64,000 bases of DNA, taken from the NCBI GenBank assembly GCA_003568315.1, contig PWYL01000070.1, forward strand, positions 15,266 through 79,265. Reading direction: 5' to 3'. Made by a program: the position numbers and the translations under genes. The stretch's first letter is position 1; every line of letters begins with the position of its first letter. This document shows positions 16,822 to 25,370 of the stretch, in pieces. The DNA comes from Mollicutes bacterium (GTDB lineage: Bacteria; Bacillota_I; Bacilli_A; Izemoplasmatales; Izemoplasmataceae). The notes under the pieces were generated by a model that was not told the DNA's origin, did not search any database, and saw nothing but the letters and a program-made list of their open reading frames with translations.

Positions 16822-18009
16822 ATGTGGTGGTTCGATTTGGATAAACTGCGAGAGACCGGTGAGAGAATCCTGCGACGGTTGGAAGAAGCGGGCCATGAAG
16901 CCTATTTCGTCGGCGGCTTTGTCCGCGATTTTCTTATGGGAAGAATCACGAAGGACATCGACATCACGACCTCGGCCCGTCCCGACGACGTGAAAAAGCT
17001 TTTTTCACGCACCAAGGAGACGGGGGCCGCTTTCGGGACCCTCACCGTGCTCGAGGGCGGGTTCGCCTTCGAAGTCACGACCTACCGGAGCGAAGGCCGC
17101 TACGACAACCATCGCCACCCCGGGGAAATCGCCTTCAGCGACTCCTTGGAAGCCGACCTCTCGCGCCGTGATTTCACGATCAACCAGCTCGTCATGGACC
17201 ATGAAGGCCGGGTGAAAGACCATTTCGACGGTCGGAAGGACCTCGAGAAGGGGCTCATCCGGACCATCGGCGATGCCGGGAAACGCTTCGAGGAGGATGC
17301 GCTCAGGATGCTCAGGGCATTCCGTTTCCAGGCCGTCCTCGGTTTTTCCTTGGAAGAAAAGACCGCCCGGGCCGCCGGGGAAAAAAGGCATCTCATCCAT
17401 GAGATTTCCATCGAACGGGTCCAGGATGAACTCTTGAAGCTCCTATCCGCTCCCCATGCGAGAAAAGCCTTGCGGACGATGTTGGAAATCTCTTTCGCCC
17501 AAACCCTTTTCGGTTCCGACAAGGCCGTCTCTGTCCTTGCCGGCAGTCGGTACCGTTTCGATGCGGTCACCGCTTTCGCCATCATGGCCGTCGTCGACGG
17601 ATTGGACATCGAAGAATGGCGTTTCTCCAAGAGCTTCGCCGCGAAGGTGGAGACCGTTTGCAGCTTGCATGAAGCCACCTATCAAAAAGGATTCACCCCC
17701 CTGCACGTGTTCGAGAAAGGCCGAAGGGCCTCTGAACGGGCCGACCGGGTGAACCGGCTCCTGGGCGACGCCAATTCTCGCGAAAAGATCCGTGAGATCG
17801 ACAAAAGACTTCCCATCCGCGAACGGGCCGACCTCGCCGTGAAAGGCGGCGACATCGCTCGCGCCTATCCCGTGAAGAACCCCGAGAACATCGGAAAGAC
17901 GCACGAAGAACTCTTGCGGGCCGTTTTGGAAGGACGCATCGAAAACGACAAGGAATCTCTCCTACAAGCGGCCGCACGCATTCTCGAAGAAAAAGAGGGA
18001 AAGGATTGA
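16822..18009 (+). CDS. cca: CCA tRNA nucleotidyltransferase
   Basis: 395 aa. FVGGFVRD, DIDITT and RRDFTINQL motifs. No SD upstream of the ATG. Confidence 0.85.
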   Translation: MWWFDLDKLRETGERILRRLEEAGHEAYFVGGFVRDFLMGRITKDIDITTSARPDDVKKLFSRTKETGAAFGTLTVLEGGFAFEVTTYRSEGRYDNHRHPGEIAFSDSLEADLSRRDFTINQLVMDHEGRVKDHFDGRKDLEKGLIRTIGDAGKRFEEDALRMLRAFRFQAVLGFSLEEKTARAAGEKRHLIHEISIERVQDELLKLLSAPHARKALRTMLEISFAQTLFGSDKAVSVLAGSRYRFDAVTAFAIMAVVDGLDIEEWRFSKSFAAKVETVCSLHEATYQKGFTPLHVFEKGRRASERADRVNRLLGDANSREKIREIDKRLPIRERADLAVKGGDIARAYPVKNPENIGKTHEELLRAVLEGRIENDKESLLQAAARILEEKEGKD

Positions 18010-18010
18010 C

Positions 18011-20107
18011 ATGCAGGATTTCGACGCCTATCTGGAGGACTTTCACACCATCACGATCCTCTTTCGGAAGAACTGGGAAGAATTGCCCCCTTTCCGCCTC
18101 GTGCACGGAGGAAAGAGTCACCACTTGCACATCGTGGACAGACAAGAAGCCGAGCACCATCTCAAGCTCGTGGGGCGTTCCGATTCCCCCATCCATCCCC
18201 ACATTCCCTATCATCTGGAGGATGACGAAGGCGGAAGGACAAAACTGAAAAGCGGACATGTCGTCCGTACCGAGGAGTTCGACCGGCATTACCATTATGA
18301 GGGGGACGACCTCGGCGTGACCTATGAAAAAGAACGAAGCACATTCAAGGTCTGGACACCCATCGCCCGCGAGGTGAAGTTGTTGTTGCGGCGGGGGGAG
18401 ACAATCGAAGAATTCCCTTTGCGCTACAAGGACGGAGGTGTCTGGAGTTGCACGATCGCGGGCGACCTCGAGAAAACACCCTACCGTTTCCGAGCGAGTA
18501 TCAACGGCAAGGAGAGGACTTTCACAGACCCCTACGCCATCGCCGGCAACGCCAACGGCGAATGGAACTATGTGGTCGATCCCGAACATCTCGTCACCAT
18601 GCAAAACGAAAGAGCGGTTTTCCGAAACGAACCCTCCATCATCTATGAGGCTTCCGTGCGCGATCTGACGATGGATCCCGCGTTGCAGACAAAAGAACGC
18701 GGCACCTTCATGGGCGCTTCGGAAAAAGACTTGCGCACAGAAGAAGGACGCGAGGCCGGTTTCGACCATATCCGCTCCCTCGGTGTCACCCATGTGCAGT
18801 TCCTGCCTTTCTTCGATTTCGAGGGCGTGGATGAACGAAGACCAAAAGAAGCCTACAACTGGGGCTACAACCCTTCCCAATACAATGTTCCCGAAGGATC
18901 GTACGCGAGCGATCCCGACGATCCCTACGCCCGCATCGACGAACTCAGGAAGATGATCGACGTCTATCACGGCGAAGGATTGGGCGTCGTCATGGATGTC
19001 GTCTACAACCACGTCTATGACCCGAAGACCCATCCCTTCGGCAAGATGGTCCCGGGCTATTTCTTCCGGGTCGACAATCACGGCCATCTCACCGCCGCCT
19101 CGGGTTGCGAGAACGATCTGGCCACCGAACGGCGGATGGTGCGGAAATTCATCGTCGATTCGTTACGTTTCTGGGCAGAGACCTATCGCCTTGACGGATT
19201 CCGTTTCGATCTCATGGGACTCATCGACACGGATACCATGCATGCCGCGAAAGACGCCCTGAAAGAAATCGACGAGAACATCCTCCTCTATGGCGAAGGT
19301 TGGAACATGCCCACCGTCCTTCCCAAAAAGAAGCTCTGCCATATGGACAACAAACACGTCTCGTCCGCCATCGGCTTTTTCAACGACATCTTCCGGGAGA
19401 CCGTGAAGGGATCCACCTTCGCGATCGCCAAGAAAGGTTTCGCCATGGGGGCGAAAATATCGGAACGGACCATGGCGAGAATCCTCAGGGATAGTAGTGC
19501 TAGCAAGCCCGCCCTTGAACGTCCCGGACAGTCTTTGAACTATGTCGAATGCCATGACAACCACACCTTCTTCGACAAGGCGCAAATCGCCATGGAGCAT
19601 GCCGCGCCGAGGGACCGTCTGCGGGCGCAAAAACTCGCCACGGCCATCGTCATCCTCGCCCAAGGGGTTCCCTTCCTCCATGCCGGGCAGGAGTTTTACA
19701 GGACGAAAAAGGGCGACAAGGACAGCTACATGAGCCCCGATCACATCAACCGCATCGACTGGTCGCTCCTCGATAGGCACCACCGGGACACTGAAGATGT
19801 GCGCAGGCTCATCCGCCTCAAGAAGGATCATCCCCTGTTTTGGCTCCAAGACAAGGATGAAATCCGAAAGCAGACCTCCGTCGAAACCAAGAGAAGCGGC
19901 ACCGTGCTCTACCGACTCCGCGACAAAGACGAGCACATCCTCGTCATCTTCAAGAACAACCCCGACCCCGAACACTTCCGTTTCAAAAAAGCGGCCCGCA
20001 TCCTCTTCCATTCGGAAACGGATATCGCTGAAGGGCCCCGCAAAGAACTCGAACTCACCCGGATTTCCACCACCGTCATGAAACTCGGAAAGGATGAACA
20101 CACATGA
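18011..20107 (+). CDS. pulA: Type I pullulanase (GH13), cytoplasmic AmyX-like
   Basis: 698 aa. YNWGYNP, VVMDVVYNH, GFRFDLMG, YGEGWN and YVECHDN. No signal peptide. Confidence 0.9.
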   Translation: MQDFDAYLEDFHTITILFRKNWEELPPFRLVHGGKSHHLHIVDRQEAEHHLKLVGRSDSPIHPHIPYHLEDDEGGRTKLKSGHVVRTEEFDRHYHYEGDDLGVTYEKERSTFKVWTPIAREVKLLLRRGETIEEFPLRYKDGGVWSCTIAGDLEKTPYRFRASINGKERTFTDPYAIAGNANGEWNYVVDPEHLVTMQNERAVFRNEPSIIYEASVRDLTMDPALQTKERGTFMGASEKDLRTEEGREAGFDHIRSLGVTHVQFLPFFDFEGVDERRPKEAYNWGYNPSQYNVPEGSYASDPDDPYARIDELRKMIDVYHGEGLGVVMDVVYNHVYDPKTHPFGKMVPGYFFRVDNHGHLTAASGCENDLATERRMVRKFIVDSLRFWAETYRLDGFRFDLMGLIDTDTMHAAKDALKEIDENILLYGEGWNMPTVLPKKKLCHMDNKHVSSAIGFFNDIFRETVKGSTFAIAKKGFAMGAKISERTMARILRDSSASKPALERPGQSLNYVECHDNHTFFDKAQIAMEHAAPRDRLRAQKLATAIVILAQGVPFLHAGQEFYRTKKGDKDSYMSPDHINRIDWSLLDRHHRDTEDVRRLIRLKKDHPLFWLQDKDEIRKQTSVETKRSGTVLYRLRDKDEHILVIFKNNPDPEHFRFKKAARILFHSETDIAEGPRKELELTRISTTVMKLGKDEHT

Positions 20108-21021
20108 AGAATTTCTACGCCAAAATCGACAGCTACAACGAGACGACCTATGAGACGAACACCTTGTCGGTGCTCTTGAGTGACGGGACACGGCTCACCC
20201 TCCGGATCGACGAAGAAGAAGACATTTGCGAAGAGGAGGTCTACCGTTTCGAGACCGAACCCATCGAATTCAAGGGACGCACCCAGTATCTCGTGCAATC
20301 CTTCACCCACATCAACGACATGGACATCGGCTTCGAGGCGAAGATCGCCGTCATGAAAGATTTCTATCCCTTCGCGCCGATCGATGTGGCAAAGACCAAA
20401 GAGACCATCGAGACGCATCTCGCCTCCATCAAGGACGAGACCATAGGGAAGATCGCGAAAGCCCTCTATGAGAAACATCGGGAGGATTTCTACCTCTATC
20501 CCGCCGCCACGCGTTTCCATCACGCCTACATCGGCGGCGTGGCCCATCACACGGCGACGATGCTGGAGTTGGCCGAAGGACTCCTCGCGGTCTATGCCTT
20601 CTTGAACCGGGACCTTCTCGTGGCGGGAATCATCCTGCACGACCTTTTCAAGACGGTCGAACTCTCGAACTTCTATGCGCCCGAATACACCCGCGAGGGA
20701 AGACTGCTCGGGCATCTCGCCATGGGAAGCGACGCCGTCGGCGAAATCGCGAGGGAGATAGGTCTCGCGGGCAAGGAGGAAGTCGTGCTCCTCAGACACA
20801 TGATGCTCTCCCATCATTATTATGGGAATTTCGGCTCCCCGAAAAAGCCCAACATCCCCGAAGCTCTGGCGCTGCACTTCATCGACAACATCGATTCCAA
20901 ATTCGCCGTCTTGGGTGAAGCTCTCGAGGAGACGGAACCCGGAGAATTCACCGAACCCCTCGGTGTCTTGGAACGCGAGCGCTATTACAAGGCCCTTTTC
21001 GACAAGCGGAAAAAGACATAG
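20104..21021 (+). CDS. yhaM: 3'-5' exoribonuclease YhaM (OB fold plus HD domain)
   Basis: 305 aa. ATGA overlap with pulA. HHAYIGGVAHH and LHDLFK HD-domain motifs. Confidence 0.85.
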   Translation: MKNFYAKIDSYNETTYETNTLSVLLSDGTRLTLRIDEEEDICEEEVYRFETEPIEFKGRTQYLVQSFTHINDMDIGFEAKIAVMKDFYPFAPIDVAKTKETIETHLASIKDETIGKIAKALYEKHREDFYLYPAATRFHHAYIGGVAHHTATMLELAEGLLAVYAFLNRDLLVAGIILHDLFKTVELSNFYAPEYTREGRLLGHLAMGSDAVGEIAREIGLAGKEEVVLLRHMMLSHHYYGNFGSPKKPNIPEALALHFIDNIDSKFAVLGEALEETEPGEFTEPLGVLERERYYKALFDKRKKT

Positions 21022-21047
21022 ACAAACGCACGCGACTGTGTTATACT
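21019..21047 (+). promoter_or_regulatory. Promoter of rplY
   Basis: TAGACA, 17-nt spacer, TG-extended TATACT. Confidence 0.5.
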
Positions 21048-21097
21048 CATAAACTGACATCGGCCTAAAACGCCAACGGCCCGAAGGAGTGAAGACC

Positions 21098-21739
21098 ATG
21101 AAACTCGAGAAACGATCGGGAAAACTCAAAGAAATCCGAGAGAACCATCGCATACCCGGCATCGTCTATGGGAAGGGTATCGAACCCACGCCCGTACAAT
21201 GTCCCTTCAAGGACGTCGCGGATGCCTACAAGACCTATGGCAAGAGTATGACCTTCAAGACGAAACTCGGCAAGAAGACCCACCAGGTCTATTTCAAGGA
21301 ACTCCAGGTGGACCCGCTCCGTCAGAACCGCATCCTGCATTTCGACTTGCAGAAGATCAGCGCCACCGACACCATCTCCGCCGAGATCCCCGTCAAACTC
21401 CTGAACAAGGACGAGGTCGAAAGCCGCGACCTCATCGTCGAGCTCATCAGCCAGACCGTCACCACGGAATTCCCCGCCGGCAGCGGCATCTCCAGTTTCG
21501 AGCTCGATGTCAGCGGCATGGAAGGTAATGAATCGCTTTACGTCTCCGATCTCGACCTGCCCGAAGGCTTCAAGGTTCTCGTCCCCGAGGACAAGATCCT
21601 CGTCAACATCTCTTACCCGCAAGAGGAAGAGGAAGAAGAGGAACTCCTCGAAGAGGAAGAGGACATCGAAGTCGAAGCCATCAAGCAGAAGGACGAGGAC
21701 GAAGAGACACCCGACGATTCCTCGGACGAAGAAGACTGA
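21098..21739 (+). CDS. rplY: 50S ribosomal protein L25 / general stress protein Ctc, with long acidic tail
   Basis: ATG 21098 with GAAGGAG 8 nt upstream. IPGIVYGKG motif. C-terminal poly-Glu/Asp tail. Confidence 0.85.
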   Translation: MKLEKRSGKLKEIRENHRIPGIVYGKGIEPTPVQCPFKDVADAYKTYGKSMTFKTKLGKKTHQVYFKELQVDPLRQNRILHFDLQKISATDTISAEIPVKLLNKDEVESRDLIVELISQTVTTEFPAGSGISSFELDVSGMEGNESLYVSDLDLPEGFKVLVPEDKILVNISYPQEEEEEEELLEEEEDIEVEAIKQKDEDEETPDDSSDEED

Positions 21740-21744
21740 TCCCG

Positions 21745-21776
21745 AAAAAGCCCCGCGTCGCGACGCGGGGCTTTTG
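21745..21776 (+). terminator. Terminator after rplY
   Basis: GC-rich stem AGCCCCGCG.../...CGCGGGGCT followed by TTTT. Confidence 0.8.
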
Positions 21777-21785
21777 TATGAGGAT

Positions 21786-21820
21786 GAAAAAAAAACGCCA
21801 CGGTGATTCCGTGGCGTTTT
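21786..21820 (-). terminator. Terminator after the PrsA-like gene (A and T runs on both sides)
   Basis: ACGCCACGG-tgatt-CCGTGGCGT flanked by an A run and a T run. Confidence 0.75.
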
Positions 21821-21833
21821 GAAGTTTCAGGGA

Positions 21834-24287
21834 TCAGTCTTCGAGTTCGGGGAAGTGCATCCGCATGAAGAGGTCGCGGACGGTCTGTGCCATGCGGAGA
21901 TGGTGTTCTTCGTCCTTGGCGATCTCGACATCGCCCGCGAGCATGTTGTCGAGGGTGATGATGGAATGGTGGACACTCCCGTACAATCGCGAGTGCGCAT
22001 CCTTGTAGTAAACGTCGAGGGCGTCTCTCACACTTCCGGGGATCTCGATGTCGCTTTCGCCGTAGCGTTGCCTGTCGAGCTCCCGTTCGGAATAGAGCGC
22101 CATCTGTTCGACTGTGGGGATGTCGTCATCGTTCAGGAAGTCTTCATGATAGTCGCCGAGGTCTTCGGCTATGAGGCGCGCCGAGGGCTTCACGAAAGCC
22201 TTTCCTTGACGGGCGAGGATGAAATGGTAGCCGAATTCGGTCTTTTTGGTGCCGTCGGAATAGATTTTGTCCTCGTCTTCGTAGTCTTCGGTGTAGCGTG
22301 CATACATGGTCTGCAGTTTGGCGATGAAATCCTCGTCGTGTTTCATGGCGTCCTTGTAGGTCAATTCTCCGAGGTTCTCGAAACGGAGGCGGATCCCGGC
22401 ATTCTTGAAACGGGCCCACTGGCTGTAGTCGTCGGCATCCTCGTCTTCGCCGCGGAGGGCCTCGTTGTATTCTTTGACGATGTCTTCTAGGTCCTCGTCC
22501 TCACTCTCGGACATGATCAGGGACTCGAGGCCGCCCATGAGGCTTTCGAAATCGCTTCTTTCTTCAGGTTCCAACGAATCGAGATATTCTTCGAGATTGT
22601 CATCGAGGCGGTCCTCATCGTGGTCGAGATAGATGACAAGCCGCTCGACATCGAGACTGAAATAGTTCTCGAATTGTTCCTCGACGTAGGGATGGATCAT
22701 GGCGACATCGACGAGATCGTGAAGATAGTCCATCCGGAGTCTTCTCGCCGCACGTTGTTCGATCATTTCGCGATCGGAACCGACCCGCATGTAGAGGGCG
22801 AGATAGAGCTGCCAGTCGAAACCGAACTCGGCGACCTGCTGTTTGGTCTCCGAGAGCTCGCGGCGGTAGTCCCGCATGAGGTCGCTGCGGTTGCGGAGGA
22901 CGTCTCTTTCCCCGCCGAAGAGGTCTTCGTAGTAATCACTGTGAAGGAGGTATTTCTCCTTGGTGAGTTCGATGGCATAGAGGATGCCGATGCGTTGGAC
23001 CATGTAGTCGTAGAGGTCGTCGGCGGTGACGGTCATGTCATCGATCTCGGCGATGGTCTTATTGTCCTTGGGCTCTTCGAAGGGGGATTGGCGAGGCTCG
23101 AATTGTTGCTGGTAGACGGCGCTCACCGCCTGGTCGTAAATGCGGAGGCCGCTTTCTTCGTGCAAGGCGGCCATGGTCCGGACCGTCTCCTCATCGCCGA
23201 CGAGTGTGTCGATGTAGTCGGCACGGAGCGTATCGAGTTCCTCCTCGTCGAGGTCTTCGAACGGGGTGATCTCGTCACGTTGCAAGACATGGGCGATATA
23301 GCGGTTGCCCTCGATCGATTTGGAGTTGATGGAATAGGGGCGGTCATCATCGATGTCATGATAGAGGAAATCGCTCATCTTGACGAAAAAGAGCTCATCC
23401 CTCTCGGCGGCGAGTTCCTGCAGTTCGCGTTGGTTGAACCGGAGGAAATCTTCGTCAAGCTCGAGCAAATCGTCGCGGTCTTTCTCCTCGTCGATCGTCT
23501 CGCGATAGGGGTAGATGTAGTTGTAGAGTTTGATGTAGTGGGTGAGCACTTCCTCGTCGTCGAGGAGACGGGTGTTCTCCTCGTCGAAATCCTCGCGGCG
23601 CACGTTTTCGATGGGCTCTTCGCCTTCGTAAAGACCGATGCCGCCTTCATAGTTGTGCACGAGATTGAAGTGCTTGAAGACCTTCAGGAATTCGTTTTGG
23701 TTGTTGAAACGGAGGCGGATGGCCATGAGGTCGCCTTGGTAATAGTCTTCATAGAAACGTTCGAGGTCGTCTTCCGTGATGAAGAAAGGGTCGTTCTCTT
23801 CGGCGGTCTCATAGCGCGACCGGGTGTAGTTCTCCTTGGCGACGCGCAAGCGGATGAAGGCGTCTTCACTGTCGGGATCGTCGGGATCGTAACCGCTCAT
23901 GACGATGAGGTCGCGGTATTCGCTTTCGAGCTCTTCGATCTCTTCTTCGGTCATCCGGTCGATCTCGTCCTGGTCGGTCGTACCGTATTTGAGCACGGTG
24001 ATCATCTCATCGATTTCGTCTTCGGTCACCGCGTCCATCTCGTCGGCGAGAAGATGACGGTCGATGTAATCGACGAGATGCAACATGCCGTCCGTCACGA
24101 GCATCCTGCCATAGAGGTCTCCTTTGGTGATTTCTATACCTTTGTAGGTCAAGAAGATCTCGTCTTTGTTCGAAACAGTCGGAGAATCATCTTCACCGAT
24201 GATGAAATTGCACGCGACGGCGCTACCGACAATGATGATGAGTCCGGTGAGGACCATTAGCGCGCGTTTGACGATAACACTTTCCAT
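21834..24287 (-). CDS. Large acidic lipoprotein with SurA/PrsA-like region and divergent parvulin-type PPIase domain
   Basis: ATG 24287; 817 aa. Signal peptide with ...GSAVAC. C-terminal TEFGYHFILARQG parvulin signature. Extremely Asp/Glu-rich. Confidence 0.6.
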   Translation of the reverse strand: MESVIVKRALMVLTGLIIIVGSAVACNFIIGEDDSPTVSNKDEIFLTYKGIEITKGDLYGRMLVTDGMLHLVDYIDRHLLADEMDAVTEDEIDEMITVLKYGTTDQDEIDRMTEEEIEELESEYRDLIVMSGYDPDDPDSEDAFIRLRVAKENYTRSRYETAEENDPFFITEDDLERFYEDYYQGDLMAIRLRFNNQNEFLKVFKHFNLVHNYEGGIGLYEGEEPIENVRREDFDEENTRLLDDEEVLTHYIKLYNYIYPYRETIDEEKDRDDLLELDEDFLRFNQRELQELAAERDELFFVKMSDFLYHDIDDDRPYSINSKSIEGNRYIAHVLQRDEITPFEDLDEEELDTLRADYIDTLVGDEETVRTMAALHEESGLRIYDQAVSAVYQQQFEPRQSPFEEPKDNKTIAEIDDMTVTADDLYDYMVQRIGILYAIELTKEKYLLHSDYYEDLFGGERDVLRNRSDLMRDYRRELSETKQQVAEFGFDWQLYLALYMRVGSDREMIEQRAARRLRMDYLHDLVDVAMIHPYVEEQFENYFSLDVERLVIYLDHDEDRLDDNLEEYLDSLEPEERSDFESLMGGLESLIMSESEDEDLEDIVKEYNEALRGEDEDADDYSQWARFKNAGIRLRFENLGELTYKDAMKHDEDFIAKLQTMYARYTEDYEDEDKIYSDGTKKTEFGYHFILARQGKAFVKPSARLIAEDLGDYHEDFLNDDDIPTVEQMALYSERELDRQRYGESDIEIPGSVRDALDVYYKDAHSRLYGSVHHSIITLDNMLAGDVEIAKDEEHHLRMAQTVRDLFMRMHFPELED

Positions 24288-24397
24288 GGGGCATTCACTC
24301 CTTATAAAAATACGCAATATATATATTACCACTTATCCATGCGCAAAACAACTGTCAATCAAAAGGAATTCGTGAGCGTCAGGTTGCGGGGGATGTG

Positions 24398-24425
24398 TTG
24401 CAAGGAGTGTGTTTTGGTGTATAAT
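24398..24425 (+). promoter_or_regulatory. Promoter of the MBL-fold hydrolase gene
   Basis: TTGCAA, 16-nt spacer, TATAAT. Confidence 0.5.
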
Positions 24426-24449
24426 GTCCGTAGTGAACGGAGGTGCACT

Positions 24450-25226
24450 ATGGAGACCATCGTTCTCGGCAGCGGCTCCAAAGGCAACGCGACCCTCATC
24501 CATAGCGGCCGGACCACCCTCCTCGTCGATGCGGGACTGAGTTACCGGGCCATGAAAAAACGACTCGAAGGGAGTCCTTTTTCCTTAGCGGACATCAACG
24601 CGGTGCTTATCACCCATGAACACATCGACCATGTCCGGGGACTCCGGATGGTCATGAAAAAGAACCGTGTTCCGCTCTATACCGCCGAAAGTGTGCTCGC
24701 CGCCCTTCCCGCCGACGTGGAGGTGGACGAGTTCTTTCCTCTAGAGCCCCACATTCATCAATCCATCGGCGATTTCGAAATCTATCCCGTCCCCCTTTCG
24801 CACGACACGGAGACCACCCTCGGATTCGTCTTTTTCTCCGAAGGCAAAAAAATCGTCTATGCGACCGACACGGGTTTCATCGACGAGAGGCTCCATCCCG
24901 TCTTCCAAAACGCGGACGCCTACATCCTGGAGGCGAACTACGATGTCGCCATGCTTTTCACCTCCGAACGGCCCTACTCGTTGAAACGGCGCATCGATTC
25001 CGTCCGCGGCCACCTCTCGAACGCCGATTCGGCCTATTATCTCTCCCGTTTCGTGGGAGAGAGGACGAAAGTGATCGTGCTCGCCCATCCTTCCGAGGAG
25101 TGCAACACCCCCGAAAGGGCGCTTTCCGCCTTCCAAGACGTTTTCATGAGCTACGACCTCTTTCCCGACGACTACGAGGTCCATGTCGCCGGCCAGCATG
25201 TGCCGACGAAACTCTTCAAGCTTTGA
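24450..25226 (+). CDS. MBL-fold metallo-hydrolase (YycJ-like)
   Basis: ATG 24450 with GGAGG upstream; 258 aa. THEHIDH motif. Confidence 0.85.
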   Translation: METIVLGSGSKGNATLIHSGRTTLLVDAGLSYRAMKKRLEGSPFSLADINAVLITHEHIDHVRGLRMVMKKNRVPLYTAESVLAALPADVEVDEFFPLEPHIHQSIGDFEIYPVPLSHDTETTLGFVFFSEGKKIVYATDTGFIDERLHPVFQNADAYILEANYDVAMLFTSERPYSLKRRIDSVRGHLSNADSAYYLSRFVGERTKVIVLAHPSEECNTPERALSAFQDVFMSYDLFPDDYEVHVAGQHVPTKLFKL

Positions 25227-25370
25227 AGAAGGCTTTGTAGCGGAGAGGACCACGAAATGTCCCCGCCCCATTGTGTCAAAGCGCTCGATGTTGTATAATA
25301 TATGTGGAATCTGTATGACAAGAACCTTTCCTGACCCATCCCGAAAATATGATATGGAGGTAGAATAACG

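Noticed and set aside
17693-21162. Antisense ORFs of 464 aa (17693-19087), 342 aa (19163-20191) and 417 aa (19909-21162)
   Set aside because: All are antisense to cca, the pullulanase gene and yhaM, which carry strong catalytic motifs. Same shadow-ORF explanation.
21610-21739. GAG/GAA-rich low-complexity stretch
   Set aside because: It encodes the acidic C-terminal tail of L25 in frame. It is not an independent repeat element.
22620-24260. 546-aa plus-strand ORF opposite the PrsA-like gene
   Set aside because: The minus-strand gene has a signal peptide, an SD, a terminator and a parvulin signature. The plus-strand ORF is a codon-aligned shadow.
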